This document shows positions 16,314-25,061 of a stretch of 64,000 nt of DNA, one piece after another (the first letter of the stretch is position 1; every line of letters starts with the position of its first letter). Source of the stretch: Patescibacteria group bacterium (GTDB lineage: Bacteria; Patescibacteriota; SICC01). The notes under the pieces were generated by a model. The model made no database searches, had not been told where the DNA came from, and saw only the letters and a list, made by a program, of their open reading frames with translations. The stretch is from positions 335,814 through 399,813 of the forward strand of contig JBBDXB010000006.1 of NCBI GenBank assembly GCA_040902515.1. The letters are read 5' to 3'. A program made the position numbers and the translations under genes.

Positions 16314-19004
16314 TCAGCCCTGCCGGGATTCGAGTTTCGCGAGCGCGGCTTCGGCTTCACGGAGCTTCGCTTCGGTCTCGGTGACGATGTGCTTCGGTGC
16401 GTTCTCGACATAATCCTTGTTGGCGAGCCGCCCCTTGAGCCGCTCAATGTCCATCTTCGCCCGCTCCATCTCGGCCTGCAATCGCTGGGCCGCCGTTTCG
16501 GAGGTGAGTCCGGCTAGTGGCACGACCACCGTCACGTCGCCGACCACGGCCGTCGCCGCCTCTTCTTTCGGCGGATGCTGTCCCACGCGGAGCATGCTGA
16601 GCCGGGCCAGCTTGTTGATCGCGTCCCCGGCCTCGGCCAGCCAGGCCGACCCGTCCGCTACCAGGTACGCCTGCACGAAGGACTTGGCGGGGGTGCGGTG
16701 CTCCGCCCGGATCCGGCGGATCGTCTCGATCACCTCACGGATCCTGTCGAACCGGTCGGCGTCCTCCGGCTGGTCGAGGTCCTCGTGCACGACGGGCCAG
16801 GGACTGGTGATCAGCGGTTCCCGCTTCCTCAGCCCGTCCTGCCAGACCGCCTCGGTGACGAACGGCACGAACGGGTGGAGCAGTCCGAGGACGGTCTCCA
16901 GCGCGTATTTGAGGATGATCGCGGTATTCTGCGCGGTCTCGGGATTACGCAGTTGCACCTTGGCTATCTCCAGGTACCAGTCCGCGAAGTCGGACCAGAC
17001 GAATTCATACAGTGCGTTGCCGGCGAAGCCGAGGTCGTAGGGCTTCGCGAGCTGCCGCGGCCGCGATTCCGTCGGGACGTCCCCCGGTTTGTCATACGCG
17101 GCCGGGTCGTGGAACGCTGCCTCCACCGTTTGTGCCGTCCGGTAGAGCTTATGCAGGATCCCCCGGTCGAAGGTGGTCAGCGTCTCGGCCCGGAGCAACT
17201 TCAAGTCCGCCTCACCCTCGACGGTACCGGTGATGAACCGGCTGATGTTCCAGAGCTTGTTCGCGAAGTTCCGCGACTTCACCAGACGGTCTTCGTCGAA
17301 CTTAAGGTCGCCGCCCGGCGAGGTCGAGGTAGCGAGCATCCAACGGAGCGCGTCAGTGCCATACTTGCCGATCATCTCCAGCGGGTCCACGCCGTTCCCG
17401 AGCGACTTCGAGAACTTCCGACCGCGGGCATCGCGGACCAGGCCGTGCAGATAGGCGGTGTGGAACGGCGGCTTCAGCTGGCCGGTCTTCTCGTCCTTCA
17501 CGTCGAGCGCCGCGGTCATCAGCACCATCCGCGTGATCCAGAAGAAGATGATGTCATAGCCGGTCTCCAGCACGTCGTTGGGGAAGAAGCGCTTGAAGTC
17601 GGCGATCTGCTTCGGCCACCCCATCGTCGAGAAGGGCCAGAGCGCGGAGCTGAACCAGGTATCGAGCGTATCCTCGCTCGGCTTGTAGCCGGCTTTCTTG
17701 GTGAGCGATACGTCGCCTTTGTCATTGACGAACGCCGGCACCGGATGCCCGAACCAGATCTGCCGCGAGATGCACCAGTCGTGCAGGTTCTCCAGCCACT
17801 GGCGGTACGTCTTCCCGAACCGCTCCGGCACGAACTTCAGGTCGCCGTCCTCGGCGAACCGGATCGCTTGTTCCTTGATGTCGGACACCTTCACGAACCA
17901 CTGGTCCGAGATGCGGGGCTCGATCACGTCGTCCGATCGGTAGCAGCGGCCGACCGAATGCTTCATCAGCTCTTCCTTCTTGAGTAACTTCTTGCGCTTG
18001 AGCCATGCCACGAGCTTCTTGCGGGCCTCGAACCGGTCCAGTCCGGCCAGCGCCTTCCCGGCGGCGGCCGTCATCGTGCCGTCCTCGCCGATCACTTCGG
18101 GTGCATCGAGTTTGTGACGCCCTCCGATCGCGTAGTCGGTCCGGTCGTGGAAGGGCGTGACCTTCACCGCGCCGGTCCCGTACTCGGGGTCCACCGCGTC
18201 GTCCGCGACCACCTTGATCTTCCGGACACCGCTGATCATCGGTACCTCGACAGTCTTTCCGACGAATTCCTTGTACCGCTTGTCCTTCGGGTGCACCGCC
18301 ACCGCCGTGTCACCGACCATCGTCTCCGGCCGGGTGGTGGCCACGGTGAAGGGGCCGTACGCGAGGTGGTAAAGCACGCCTTCCTGCTCCTGATGCTCGA
18401 CCTCGTCGTCGGCAAGCACCGTCCGGCAGACCGGGCACCAGTTCACCATGTAGCTGCCGCGGTAGATCAGCCCTTTCTTGTAGAGCCGCCTGAACGCTTC
18501 CTGCACCGCACCGCGCCGCGGCTCGTCCATCGTGAAGGCGTTCCGGCTCCAATCGCAGGACGTCCCCATCGCCCGGACCTGCTCTTCGATCGTCCGCTTG
18601 TTCTCGAGAGCATACCGCATGGTCCGTTCCTCGAACTTCTTACGGCCGAGGTCGTGGCGGCCCTTTCCCTCCTTGGCGAGCTGCTTGTCCACCATGCTGG
18701 CGGTTGCGATCGCGGCGTGGTCGGTACCCGGGAGATACAGTGTGTCGAAGCCCCGCTTCCGGTGGTAGCGGATCAGCGCGTCTTCCAGCGCCAGCATCAC
18801 GGCGTGGCCGCAGTGCAGCCGATCGGTGACGTTCGGCGGCGGCATGATGATCGTGTACGGTCGCCGGTCCTTGTCAGCCCGCTTCCGGCCGTCCGATGCC
18901 GGCTTGAACGCACCCGACTTTTCCCACGCCGCATAGATCCGGTCTTCATACGCGGTCGGATCATAGGCTTTGGGGAGCTCCTTCGGCTGTTGCGGTTTCG
19001 GCAT
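16314..19004 (-). CDS. valS: valyl-tRNA synthetase
   Basis: Class-I HIGH-like (HCGHA) and KMSKS (KFSKSLGN) motifs, editing domain, characteristic C-terminal coiled coil. Confidence 0.95.
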   Translation of the reverse strand: MPKPQQPKELPKAYDPTAYEDRIYAAWEKSGAFKPASDGRKRADKDRRPYTIIMPPPNVTDRLHCGHAVMLALEDALIRYHRKRGFDTLYLPGTDHAAIATASMVDKQLAKEGKGRHDLGRKKFEERTMRYALENKRTIEEQVRAMGTSCDWSRNAFTMDEPRRGAVQEAFRRLYKKGLIYRGSYMVNWCPVCRTVLADDEVEHQEQEGVLYHLAYGPFTVATTRPETMVGDTAVAVHPKDKRYKEFVGKTVEVPMISGVRKIKVVADDAVDPEYGTGAVKVTPFHDRTDYAIGGRHKLDAPEVIGEDGTMTAAAGKALAGLDRFEARKKLVAWLKRKKLLKKEELMKHSVGRCYRSDDVIEPRISDQWFVKVSDIKEQAIRFAEDGDLKFVPERFGKTYRQWLENLHDWCISRQIWFGHPVPAFVNDKGDVSLTKKAGYKPSEDTLDTWFSSALWPFSTMGWPKQIADFKRFFPNDVLETGYDIIFFWITRMVLMTAALDVKDEKTGQLKPPFHTAYLHGLVRDARGRKFSKSLGNGVDPLEMIGKYGTDALRWMLATSTSPGGDLKFDEDRLVKSRNFANKLWNISRFITGTVEGEADLKLLRAETLTTFDRGILHKLYRTAQTVEAAFHDPAAYDKPGDVPTESRPRQLAKPYDLGFAGNALYEFVWSDFADWYLEIAKVQLRNPETAQNTAIILKYALETVLGLLHPFVPFVTEAVWQDGLRKREPLITSPWPVVHEDLDQPEDADRFDRIREVIETIRRIRAEHRTPAKSFVQAYLVADGSAWLAEAGDAINKLARLSMLRVGQHPPKEEAATAVVGDVTVVVPLAGLTSETAAQRLQAEMERAKMDIERLKGRLANKDYVENAPKHIVTETEAKLREAEAALAKLESRQG

Positions 19005-19052
19005 ACGCCCTCATCTTAGCGGCGCGGGTGCCGCCCCGGCTATGATGGACGG

Positions 19053-21074
19053 GTGATGAGGCGAATCAAGCAATTCGGTTATGAGCGGCTCGCCGCGTAC
19101 GCGGTGTTGGCGGCGGTCGGACTGATGATGCTCTGGGCGGTGTGGCCGTCATTGGGGGGCAGCGGCTACCTGGCTGCCTGGGACGCCGGCGGGCATTTGC
19201 TCAAGGCGGAGTACTTCGCCACGGAGCTGCTCCCGAGCCTGCGGCTCGACGGCTGGTTCCCGACCTGGCATGGCGGTTTCGACCTGTTCCAGTACTACCC
19301 GCCGCTGCTCTACTACCTCCTCGGTCCGCTGACGTACGTGTTCGCGCCGGAACTCGCGCTCCGGGTCTTCACCGCGGTGCTCTGGGTCGGCCTGTTGCCG
19401 GTGACGTACTACCTGCTCCGGAGTTTCGACCTCGGCCGGCTGCCGGCCGCCCTCGGGTCTGGCCTGCTGCTTTCGCTGAACGCGTCGTTCGGCGTGGGGC
19501 TCGGCGCGTTGTATGGCGTGGGGCTGCTTCCGAACGGCCTCGGCTTCATCCTCGCGATCTGGGCGCTCGGCCGGCTCAAGCGCGATCTCTTCGACCTGCG
19601 GCCGGCGTCGAAGGTCATCGTCACCGGCGTGGTGGTGGGACTGCTGCTGCTGGCGCACACGTTCTCCGCCTACTGGTTCGGTGCCGCGTCGATACTGCTC
19701 GGTGTCGCCGCGGCCTGGGGTCGCCCGCCCGGTCCGGTGGTCCGTCGTCTCGCCGTAGTGTTCGGGATCGGCCTGGCACTCTCCGCCTACTGGTGGCTGC
19801 CGCTGGCTGGCAGCTTCTCTGCCATGGGGGAAACGGGGGCGATCCAGGGACAGTCTCCCGGGGCGGCCCTGAAGGGGCTGCTATTGGCGGAGGATTCCGG
19901 TGGCTGGGTAATCAGCCTGCTGGCGGTCATCGGACTCGTCTACCTTTGGTTCCGCGGCCACTATCGCGAGTTGGGATTCTTCCTGGCGATCGGCGCGCTG
20001 ACCCTGCTGCTTTCGATCAACGCGATCAACGCGATCCTACCGTTCGGTGACGTGATCGGTTCCAGCCAGTTCATCCGGTTCCATGCGTTCTTCGCCCTGC
20101 TGCTCACGGTATGGGCGGCGCTTGGGCTGGCCGGGCTCTGGCATGTCGTCGGGCGATTGCCCCGGCATCGCCAAGCGCCGGGTACGGCCGCGTTCGCCCT
20201 GGCGCTGGGATTGATCATGGCCTTCGTGGTCCTGCCCACGCTCTCCCAGAAACGACTGTTCATCCGGGTGGTCGAGAATGGACCGACCGCCGAGCTGCAG
20301 ACGCTTGCCGCTGAACTGGAACCCCGGCTCCGCCCCGGCGACTTCGTCCTGTCCGAATTCAATTGGGAATCCCGTTTCCTGCTCGGCTCGCCGCACTTCG
20401 TGAACCAGCGGCTTCCGTGGGAAGTGCCAGGGCTCTGGGATCTCGACGGCAATTTCCCGGAAGGCACGCGCGGTTCCGCGCGGCCGGTCCTGATCGCGTC
20501 GGCGATGGGAAGCGAGGGATTCCTGGCGTCGCAGCGGGATTATCTCGAGGGGCGCGGGGTGCGCTTCATCATCAGCACGCATCCGTCCACCCGGGTCGTG
20601 CTCGACGCCCAATCCTGGCTCCGGGAAACGTGGAGCGGCACGGTCCTGTCGCTCTATGAAGTAACGGGATTCGACCGACCGTTCGGACTTCCCCGGGGTG
20701 TCGGTGCCCGGCTCCAGGATGTCTCTTTTGAAGACGGCCGATACCGGCTGGCGTTCGACCGGCCGGTGACGCTGCCGGCCGGGACCGCCTTCGCCGTAAG
20801 CCACCACCCGTGGCTGCGGGCGGAGGTGGACGGGGAGCGGGTCCGCACGGCGAGCCGTAACGGCCAACTTGTCCTGGCGGAATCCGCCAGGACCGGCTCG
20901 CTCACGATCCGCTACGCGCCGCCGGTAAGGGCCTGGGTCGCCCGGGCGGTCTCGCTGGCCGGCGTGGCCGCGGTGGCGCTCCTCGCCGCACGGCACCGGG
21001 GTGTCACGGCGTGGCTGGGGTCGCGAGCGCGAGGCCGGGGTCGGCGGAAACGCGCAGCCGCGCCGCGTCGGTAA
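19053..21074 (+). CDS. large polytopic membrane protein, putative GT-C-type glycosyltransferase (YfhO/PMT-like)
   Basis: About 12 predicted TM helices then a periplasmic-like C-terminal domain. N-terminal motifs (WDAGGHLLKAEYF…YYPPLLYY) resemble YfhO-like proteins. Function inferred only. Confidence 0.45.
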   Translation: MMRRIKQFGYERLAAYAVLAAVGLMMLWAVWPSLGGSGYLAAWDAGGHLLKAEYFATELLPSLRLDGWFPTWHGGFDLFQYYPPLLYYLLGPLTYVFAPELALRVFTAVLWVGLLPVTYYLLRSFDLGRLPAALGSGLLLSLNASFGVGLGALYGVGLLPNGLGFILAIWALGRLKRDLFDLRPASKVIVTGVVVGLLLLAHTFSAYWFGAASILLGVAAAWGRPPGPVVRRLAVVFGIGLALSAYWWLPLAGSFSAMGETGAIQGQSPGAALKGLLLAEDSGGWVISLLAVIGLVYLWFRGHYRELGFFLAIGALTLLLSINAINAILPFGDVIGSSQFIRFHAFFALLLTVWAALGLAGLWHVVGRLPRHRQAPGTAAFALALGLIMAFVVLPTLSQKRLFIRVVENGPTAELQTLAAELEPRLRPGDFVLSEFNWESRFLLGSPHFVNQRLPWEVPGLWDLDGNFPEGTRGSARPVLIASAMGSEGFLASQRDYLEGRGVRFIISTHPSTRVVLDAQSWLRETWSGTVLSLYEVTGFDRPFGLPRGVGARLQDVSFEDGRYRLAFDRPVTLPAGTAFAVSHHPWLRAEVDGERVRTASRNGQLVLAESARTGSLTIRYAPPVRAWVARAVSLAGVAAVALLAARHRGVTAWLGSRARGRGRRKRAAAPRR

Positions 21075-22014
21075 GGGCCTCGTCCCGTTGCCAGTAGGCG
21101 GCCAGGCCGATCATCGCGGCATTGTCGGTGGCGAGCTCCGGTGGTGTCAGGAGGAGCGGGACGGGAAGCCGCCTTTCCAGCGTTTCGCGCAGCAGGCGGT
21201 TGGCGGCCACCCCGCCGCCGAGCAGCACCACATTCGGCTGGTGGCGCCGGACGGCCCGAACCGCCTTTTCGACGAGCGTGTCGACGACCGCCGCTTCGAA
21301 CGAGGCGGCGACGTCATTGACCAGCGCCGTGGTAATCTGCCGATCTCCCACGGCCTGGCGCACGGCAGTCTTGAGGCCGGAGAACGAAACGTCGAGATTG
21401 TCCTGGTTCAGCATGGGCCGGGGGAAGTCGAACGCCGAAGGGTCGCCCTGGACGGCCCGTTTGGAAATTTCCGGGCCGCCCGGATACGGCAGCCCGAGCA
21501 GCCGGGCCACCTTGTCGAACGCCTCGCCGCTGGCGTCGTCACGGGTGGAACCGACCAGCGCGAAGTCACCGTACCCGTACATCAGTACGAATTCGGTATG
21601 ACCACCGGAGGCGACGAGCCCGAGATACGGGAACCGGAATACCGACTCGTCGGCAAGGCAGGCATACAGGTGACCCGCCAGGTGGTTCACTGGTATGAGC
21701 GGTTTGTCTTTGGCCAGTGCCAGTGCCTTTGCCGTTTCCACGCCGACTATCAGGGGGCCGATCAATCCGGGACCGCGCGTAACCGCGATTGCATCGATGT
21801 CCGGCCACTCCATCTTCGCGTCGTCCATTGCCTTTTCGAGTACCGGAATGATCGTTTCCGTCTGGGCTCGTGCGGCGACCTCCGGAACGATGCCGCCGGT
21901 CACGCGGTGCTTCGCGATCTGCGAACTCAAGACGCCCGACCGTACTTCACGGCCGTCAGTGACCACCGCGGCGGCGGTCTCGTCACAAGATGATTCGATG
22001 GCGAGGATGTTCAC
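21004..22014 (-). CDS. tsaD: tRNA N6-adenosine threonylcarbamoyltransferase (Kae1/TsaD)
   Basis: MNILAIESSCDETAAAV… with conserved His/Asp metal-binding segments. GTG start. Confidence 0.9.
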   Translation of the reverse strand: MNILAIESSCDETAAAVVTDGREVRSGVLSSQIAKHRVTGGIVPEVAARAQTETIIPVLEKAMDDAKMEWPDIDAIAVTRGPGLIGPLIVGVETAKALALAKDKPLIPVNHLAGHLYACLADESVFRFPYLGLVASGGHTEFVLMYGYGDFALVGSTRDDASGEAFDKVARLLGLPYPGGPEISKRAVQGDPSAFDFPRPMLNQDNLDVSFSGLKTAVRQAVGDRQITTALVNDVAASFEAAVVDTLVEKAVRAVRRHQPNVVLLGGGVAANRLLRETLERRLPVPLLLTPPELATDNAAMIGLAAYWQRDEALTDAARLRVSADPGLALATPATP

Positions 22015-22064
22015 GTTCCCAGTCTACTGTAGGCCGGGGCGCGTACACGGTAAGCTGTAGCGGT

Positions 22065-23114
22065 ATGCAGGTGGAAGACCTCAGTAATGCCAGGGGGGCA
22101 TGGAACAAGTTCGCACGCGCGAACCGCGGTGGCGTGCTCCAGAGTTACGAGTGGGGCGCGTTCCGAGGGGAGCTGGAGTGGGAGGCGCGATATCTAGGCG
22201 TCCGTGACGGCGACACGCTCCGGGTTCAGGCACTGGTCCTGAAGAAGGGACTCCCGGGTGGGTACGCCTTCTACTATTGCCCGGAAGGACCGGTCGTGCG
22301 GGGCGGCGACTGGCACGACGCCAGGAACCGGGAGGCGGTCGAGGTGCTGGTCCGGTATCTCGACGATCTGGCAAGCGAAGAGCGCGTCGTGTTCCTGAAG
22401 ATCGACCCCCACTTCGCTGCGGAACAGTTCCCGGTGGATTGGCTCGGTGAGGCCGGCTTCCGTGACAGTCCGGAGGATATCCAGGCCGCGATCGTCAGCG
22501 AAGTGGACCTTACCCCGAAGCCCGAGGACATCTTCGCGGGCTTCAAGCAGAAAGGTCGCTACAACGTCCGCAAGGCCGTGAAGCACGGCGTGAAGGTCCG
22601 GAAGAGCACCGCGGCGAAGGATCTCGACGTCTTTTACGCCTTGCTCGAGGATACGGCGAAGCGCCAGGGCATCACCTACCGGAAGAAGTGGTACTACGAA
22701 CAGTTCCGGAAGCACCTGATGCAGGAACACGACGACGCCTGTTTCTTCATCGCATCGCACGGCGGAGAGCCGGTAGCGGCAACGCTCTGTACGTTCTTCG
22801 GCGAGGAGGCTATTTACCTTTACGGCGGCTCGACCCAGTCGGACCGTAACCTCTATGCGAGCTACCTCTGCCAGTGGGCGGGCATGGAGGAAGCGAAGCG
22901 CCGCGGCTGCAGCTTCTACAACCTCACGGGAATCGCGGCGACCGACGATCCGAACGACGCCTGGGCCGGTCTGCGCCAGTTCAAGCTGAAGTTCGGCGGC
23001 GGCCAGACCGACCTGGTCGGGGCCCGCGACTGTGTCTACCGGCCGATCGAGTACTTCCTGTTCACGAACGCCGACCGAGTACGGCGGAAACTCGCCAAGC
23101 GGTCGGGGCGGTAG
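22065..23114 (+). CDS. FemAB-family peptidoglycan interpeptide-bridge aminoacyltransferase
   Basis: FemABX-like GNAT-duplication fold throughout. Sits next to a Mur ligase gene. Confidence 0.75.
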   Translation: MQVEDLSNARGAWNKFARANRGGVLQSYEWGAFRGELEWEARYLGVRDGDTLRVQALVLKKGLPGGYAFYYCPEGPVVRGGDWHDARNREAVEVLVRYLDDLASEERVVFLKIDPHFAAEQFPVDWLGEAGFRDSPEDIQAAIVSEVDLTPKPEDIFAGFKQKGRYNVRKAVKHGVKVRKSTAAKDLDVFYALLEDTAKRQGITYRKKWYYEQFRKHLMQEHDDACFFIASHGGEPVAATLCTFFGEEAIYLYGGSTQSDRNLYASYLCQWAGMEEAKRRGCSFYNLTGIAATDDPNDAWAGLRQFKLKFGGGQTDLVGARDCVYRPIEYFLFTNADRVRRKLAKRSGR

Positions 23115-23130
23115 GCGTTAGACTGGAAGC

Positions 23131-24456
23131 ATGGAACGTCTCCTCGCACCGGTCCGGCGGCTGATTCCTGACCCGCTCCTGAACGCGATCCGGGTGCCGT
23201 ACCACTTCGGTTGGGCGCTGCTGGGAAACCTGATTTACGGGTTTCCGGCCCGGAGGCTCACGGTGATCGGCGTCACGGGTACCAAGGGGAAGTCGACGAC
23301 CTCCTACCTGACCGCCAAGATCCTGGAAGCGGGCGGCCATCGGGTCGGCCTGATTTCCGGCGTGATGCTGAAGGTCGGCCCCGAAGAGTGGCAGAATCCC
23401 ACCAGTCTGACGACGCTTGGCCGGCTCTCCAATCCGCGTCTGCTCCGGCGGATAGTGAAAGCGGGTTGCACGCACGTGGTGATCGAGGTGACCTCGCATG
23501 CCCTGAACCAGTTCCGGGTGTGGGGCATCCCGTTCAAGACGGCGGTGCTCACGAACTTCAGCAAGGATCACATGGACCTGCACGGATCGATGGAAAACTA
23601 CCGCGCCGCGAAGGGAAAGCTGTTCAAGAAGCTGCGTCACGTCGAGCAGAGTACGGCGGTGGTCAACGGCGACGATCCGGCGGCAGCCTACTTCCTCGAG
23701 TTTTTCGCGGATACCAAGTATGTCTACGGCACCACGCAGCAGGCTCGGAACATCCTGCCCTTGGCCCGAAGGGTGATTGCCAAGGACATCAAGCTCACGT
23801 CGGACGGCAGCACCTTCACCGCCAGGAATGACGAGACGGTGCCGGTCACGCTAGGCCTACCGGGGGCGTTCAACGTGTCCAACGCCCTCGCGGCGATCTC
23901 GGTCGGCCTGGCCCATGGCGTGAAACCGAGGCAGATTGCCGACGGAATCGGAGCCATGCGGACCGTACCTGGCCGGATGGAGCGGGTCGAGGCCGGCCAG
24001 CCCTTCACGGTGATCATCGACTTCGCCCATACGCCGAAGTCCTATGAGACGGTCCTCAAGACCTTGCGCGAGATCACCAAGGGGCGGCTGATCTCGGTGC
24101 TCGGCGCATACGGCGACCGCGACTCGAGCATGTTTCCGAAGATCGGGAAGCTGGCCGCGGAGTACTCCGACCGGCTCGTCGTGACAGAGGACGATCCCGG
24201 TACCGAGGACCCTGAAAAGCTCACGGAACTGCTGTTGAAGGGGGTCGCGCGGGGCGGCATGACTACGGATGACTACGAGATCGAGATGGACCGTCGTAAG
24301 GCAATCAGCCGGGCCCTGCGCCAGGCCAAGCGAGGTGATACCGTCGCATTGCTTGGCAAGGGCGCGCAGCTGGTGATGCGGTACGGCAGCGGCAACCGGC
24401 CGTGGGACGAGCGGAACGTCGCGGCCGAGGAGTGGCAGAAGCTCGCCAAACGGTAA
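23131..24456 (+). CDS. Mur ligase family protein (MurE-like UDP-N-acetylmuramoyl-tripeptide synthetase)
   Basis: P-loop VIGVTGTKGKSTT. Mur ligase central and C-terminal domains (DxAHNP-like region). Confidence 0.75.
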   Translation: MERLLAPVRRLIPDPLLNAIRVPYHFGWALLGNLIYGFPARRLTVIGVTGTKGKSTTSYLTAKILEAGGHRVGLISGVMLKVGPEEWQNPTSLTTLGRLSNPRLLRRIVKAGCTHVVIEVTSHALNQFRVWGIPFKTAVLTNFSKDHMDLHGSMENYRAAKGKLFKKLRHVEQSTAVVNGDDPAAAYFLEFFADTKYVYGTTQQARNILPLARRVIAKDIKLTSDGSTFTARNDETVPVTLGLPGAFNVSNALAAISVGLAHGVKPRQIADGIGAMRTVPGRMERVEAGQPFTVIIDFAHTPKSYETVLKTLREITKGRLISVLGAYGDRDSSMFPKIGKLAAEYSDRLVVTEDDPGTEDPEKLTELLLKGVARGGMTTDDYEIEMDRRKAISRALRQAKRGDTVALLGKGAQLVMRYGSGNRPWDERNVAAEEWQKLAKR

Positions 24457-24591
24457 GCTTGGCAGCCCCGGTACCGGAGAGTAAACTCGAATCAAATGAA
24501 TATACACGGGCCTGATTCAGCCCCCGAACACGACGGCAACCGACCCGCTCCTGGCGGGTCTTTTTTAAAGCCGAAAGGAGATACCGGATTC

Positions 24592-25026
24592 ATGACCCCG
24601 GCGGAAGCGGCGACGTACGACACCTGGCGGGGAATCGTGCAGGGAGGCGAAGGAGCTCCTGCGCGCTGCTACAGCGGTTTCGGACAGCGCCGGGGCCGGT
24701 TCGAACGGTACGCCCTGGTGCCTCGCGCCGCTCGTTGCCAATCGGGTCAGGAAATCATCACGGCAATGGCAGACCGGCTGACGCCGGGCGGCCGGGTCGT
24801 CGTCATCGACGGGCACGACTCCGTCGAAGTCGAGGCTGAGGCATTCGCTACCGCCCTGCCGCCGGAGCGGCTGCACTCGATCCTTGAGTCCGCCGACTCG
24901 GCGCATCGCGAGGAAGATCAGACCGGCAGGCTAATCACCGAAGTCCTGCGGGCGGTCGAGGAAACACGCACCGATCAGGAACTCGCCGCGGTGCGGCGGG
25001 AACTCGAGACTTCGCTCGTCGCGTAA
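24592..25026 (+). CDS. hypothetical protein (144 aa)
   Basis: AAGGAG about 11 nt upstream of ATG 24592. No homology recognised. Confidence 0.4.
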   Translation: MTPAEAATYDTWRGIVQGGEGAPARCYSGFGQRRGRFERYALVPRAARCQSGQEIITAMADRLTPGGRVVVIDGHDSVEVEAEAFATALPPERLHSILESADSAHREEDQTGRLITEVLRAVEETRTDQELAAVRRELETSLVA

Positions 25027-25061
25027 TCGACAGGGGTGGTCGGGCGTAGAACAATGGGAGC

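Noticed and set aside
15284-16447. Full-length 387-aa reading of the TPR gene starting inside valS
   Set aside because: The first 65 codons overlap the valS 3' end in another frame and are R/S/P-rich. ATG 16252, which begins the TM helix, is used instead.
16575-19019. 470-aa and 301-aa plus-strand ORFs inside valS
   Set aside because: They are antisense to valS (HIGH/KMSKS motifs present on the minus strand). Translations are R/P/L/G-rich.
20037-21993. 319-aa minus and 330-aa plus ORFs overlapping the membrane protein gene and tsaD
   Set aside because: Each lies antisense to a better-supported gene (multi-TM protein; TsaD). No motifs.
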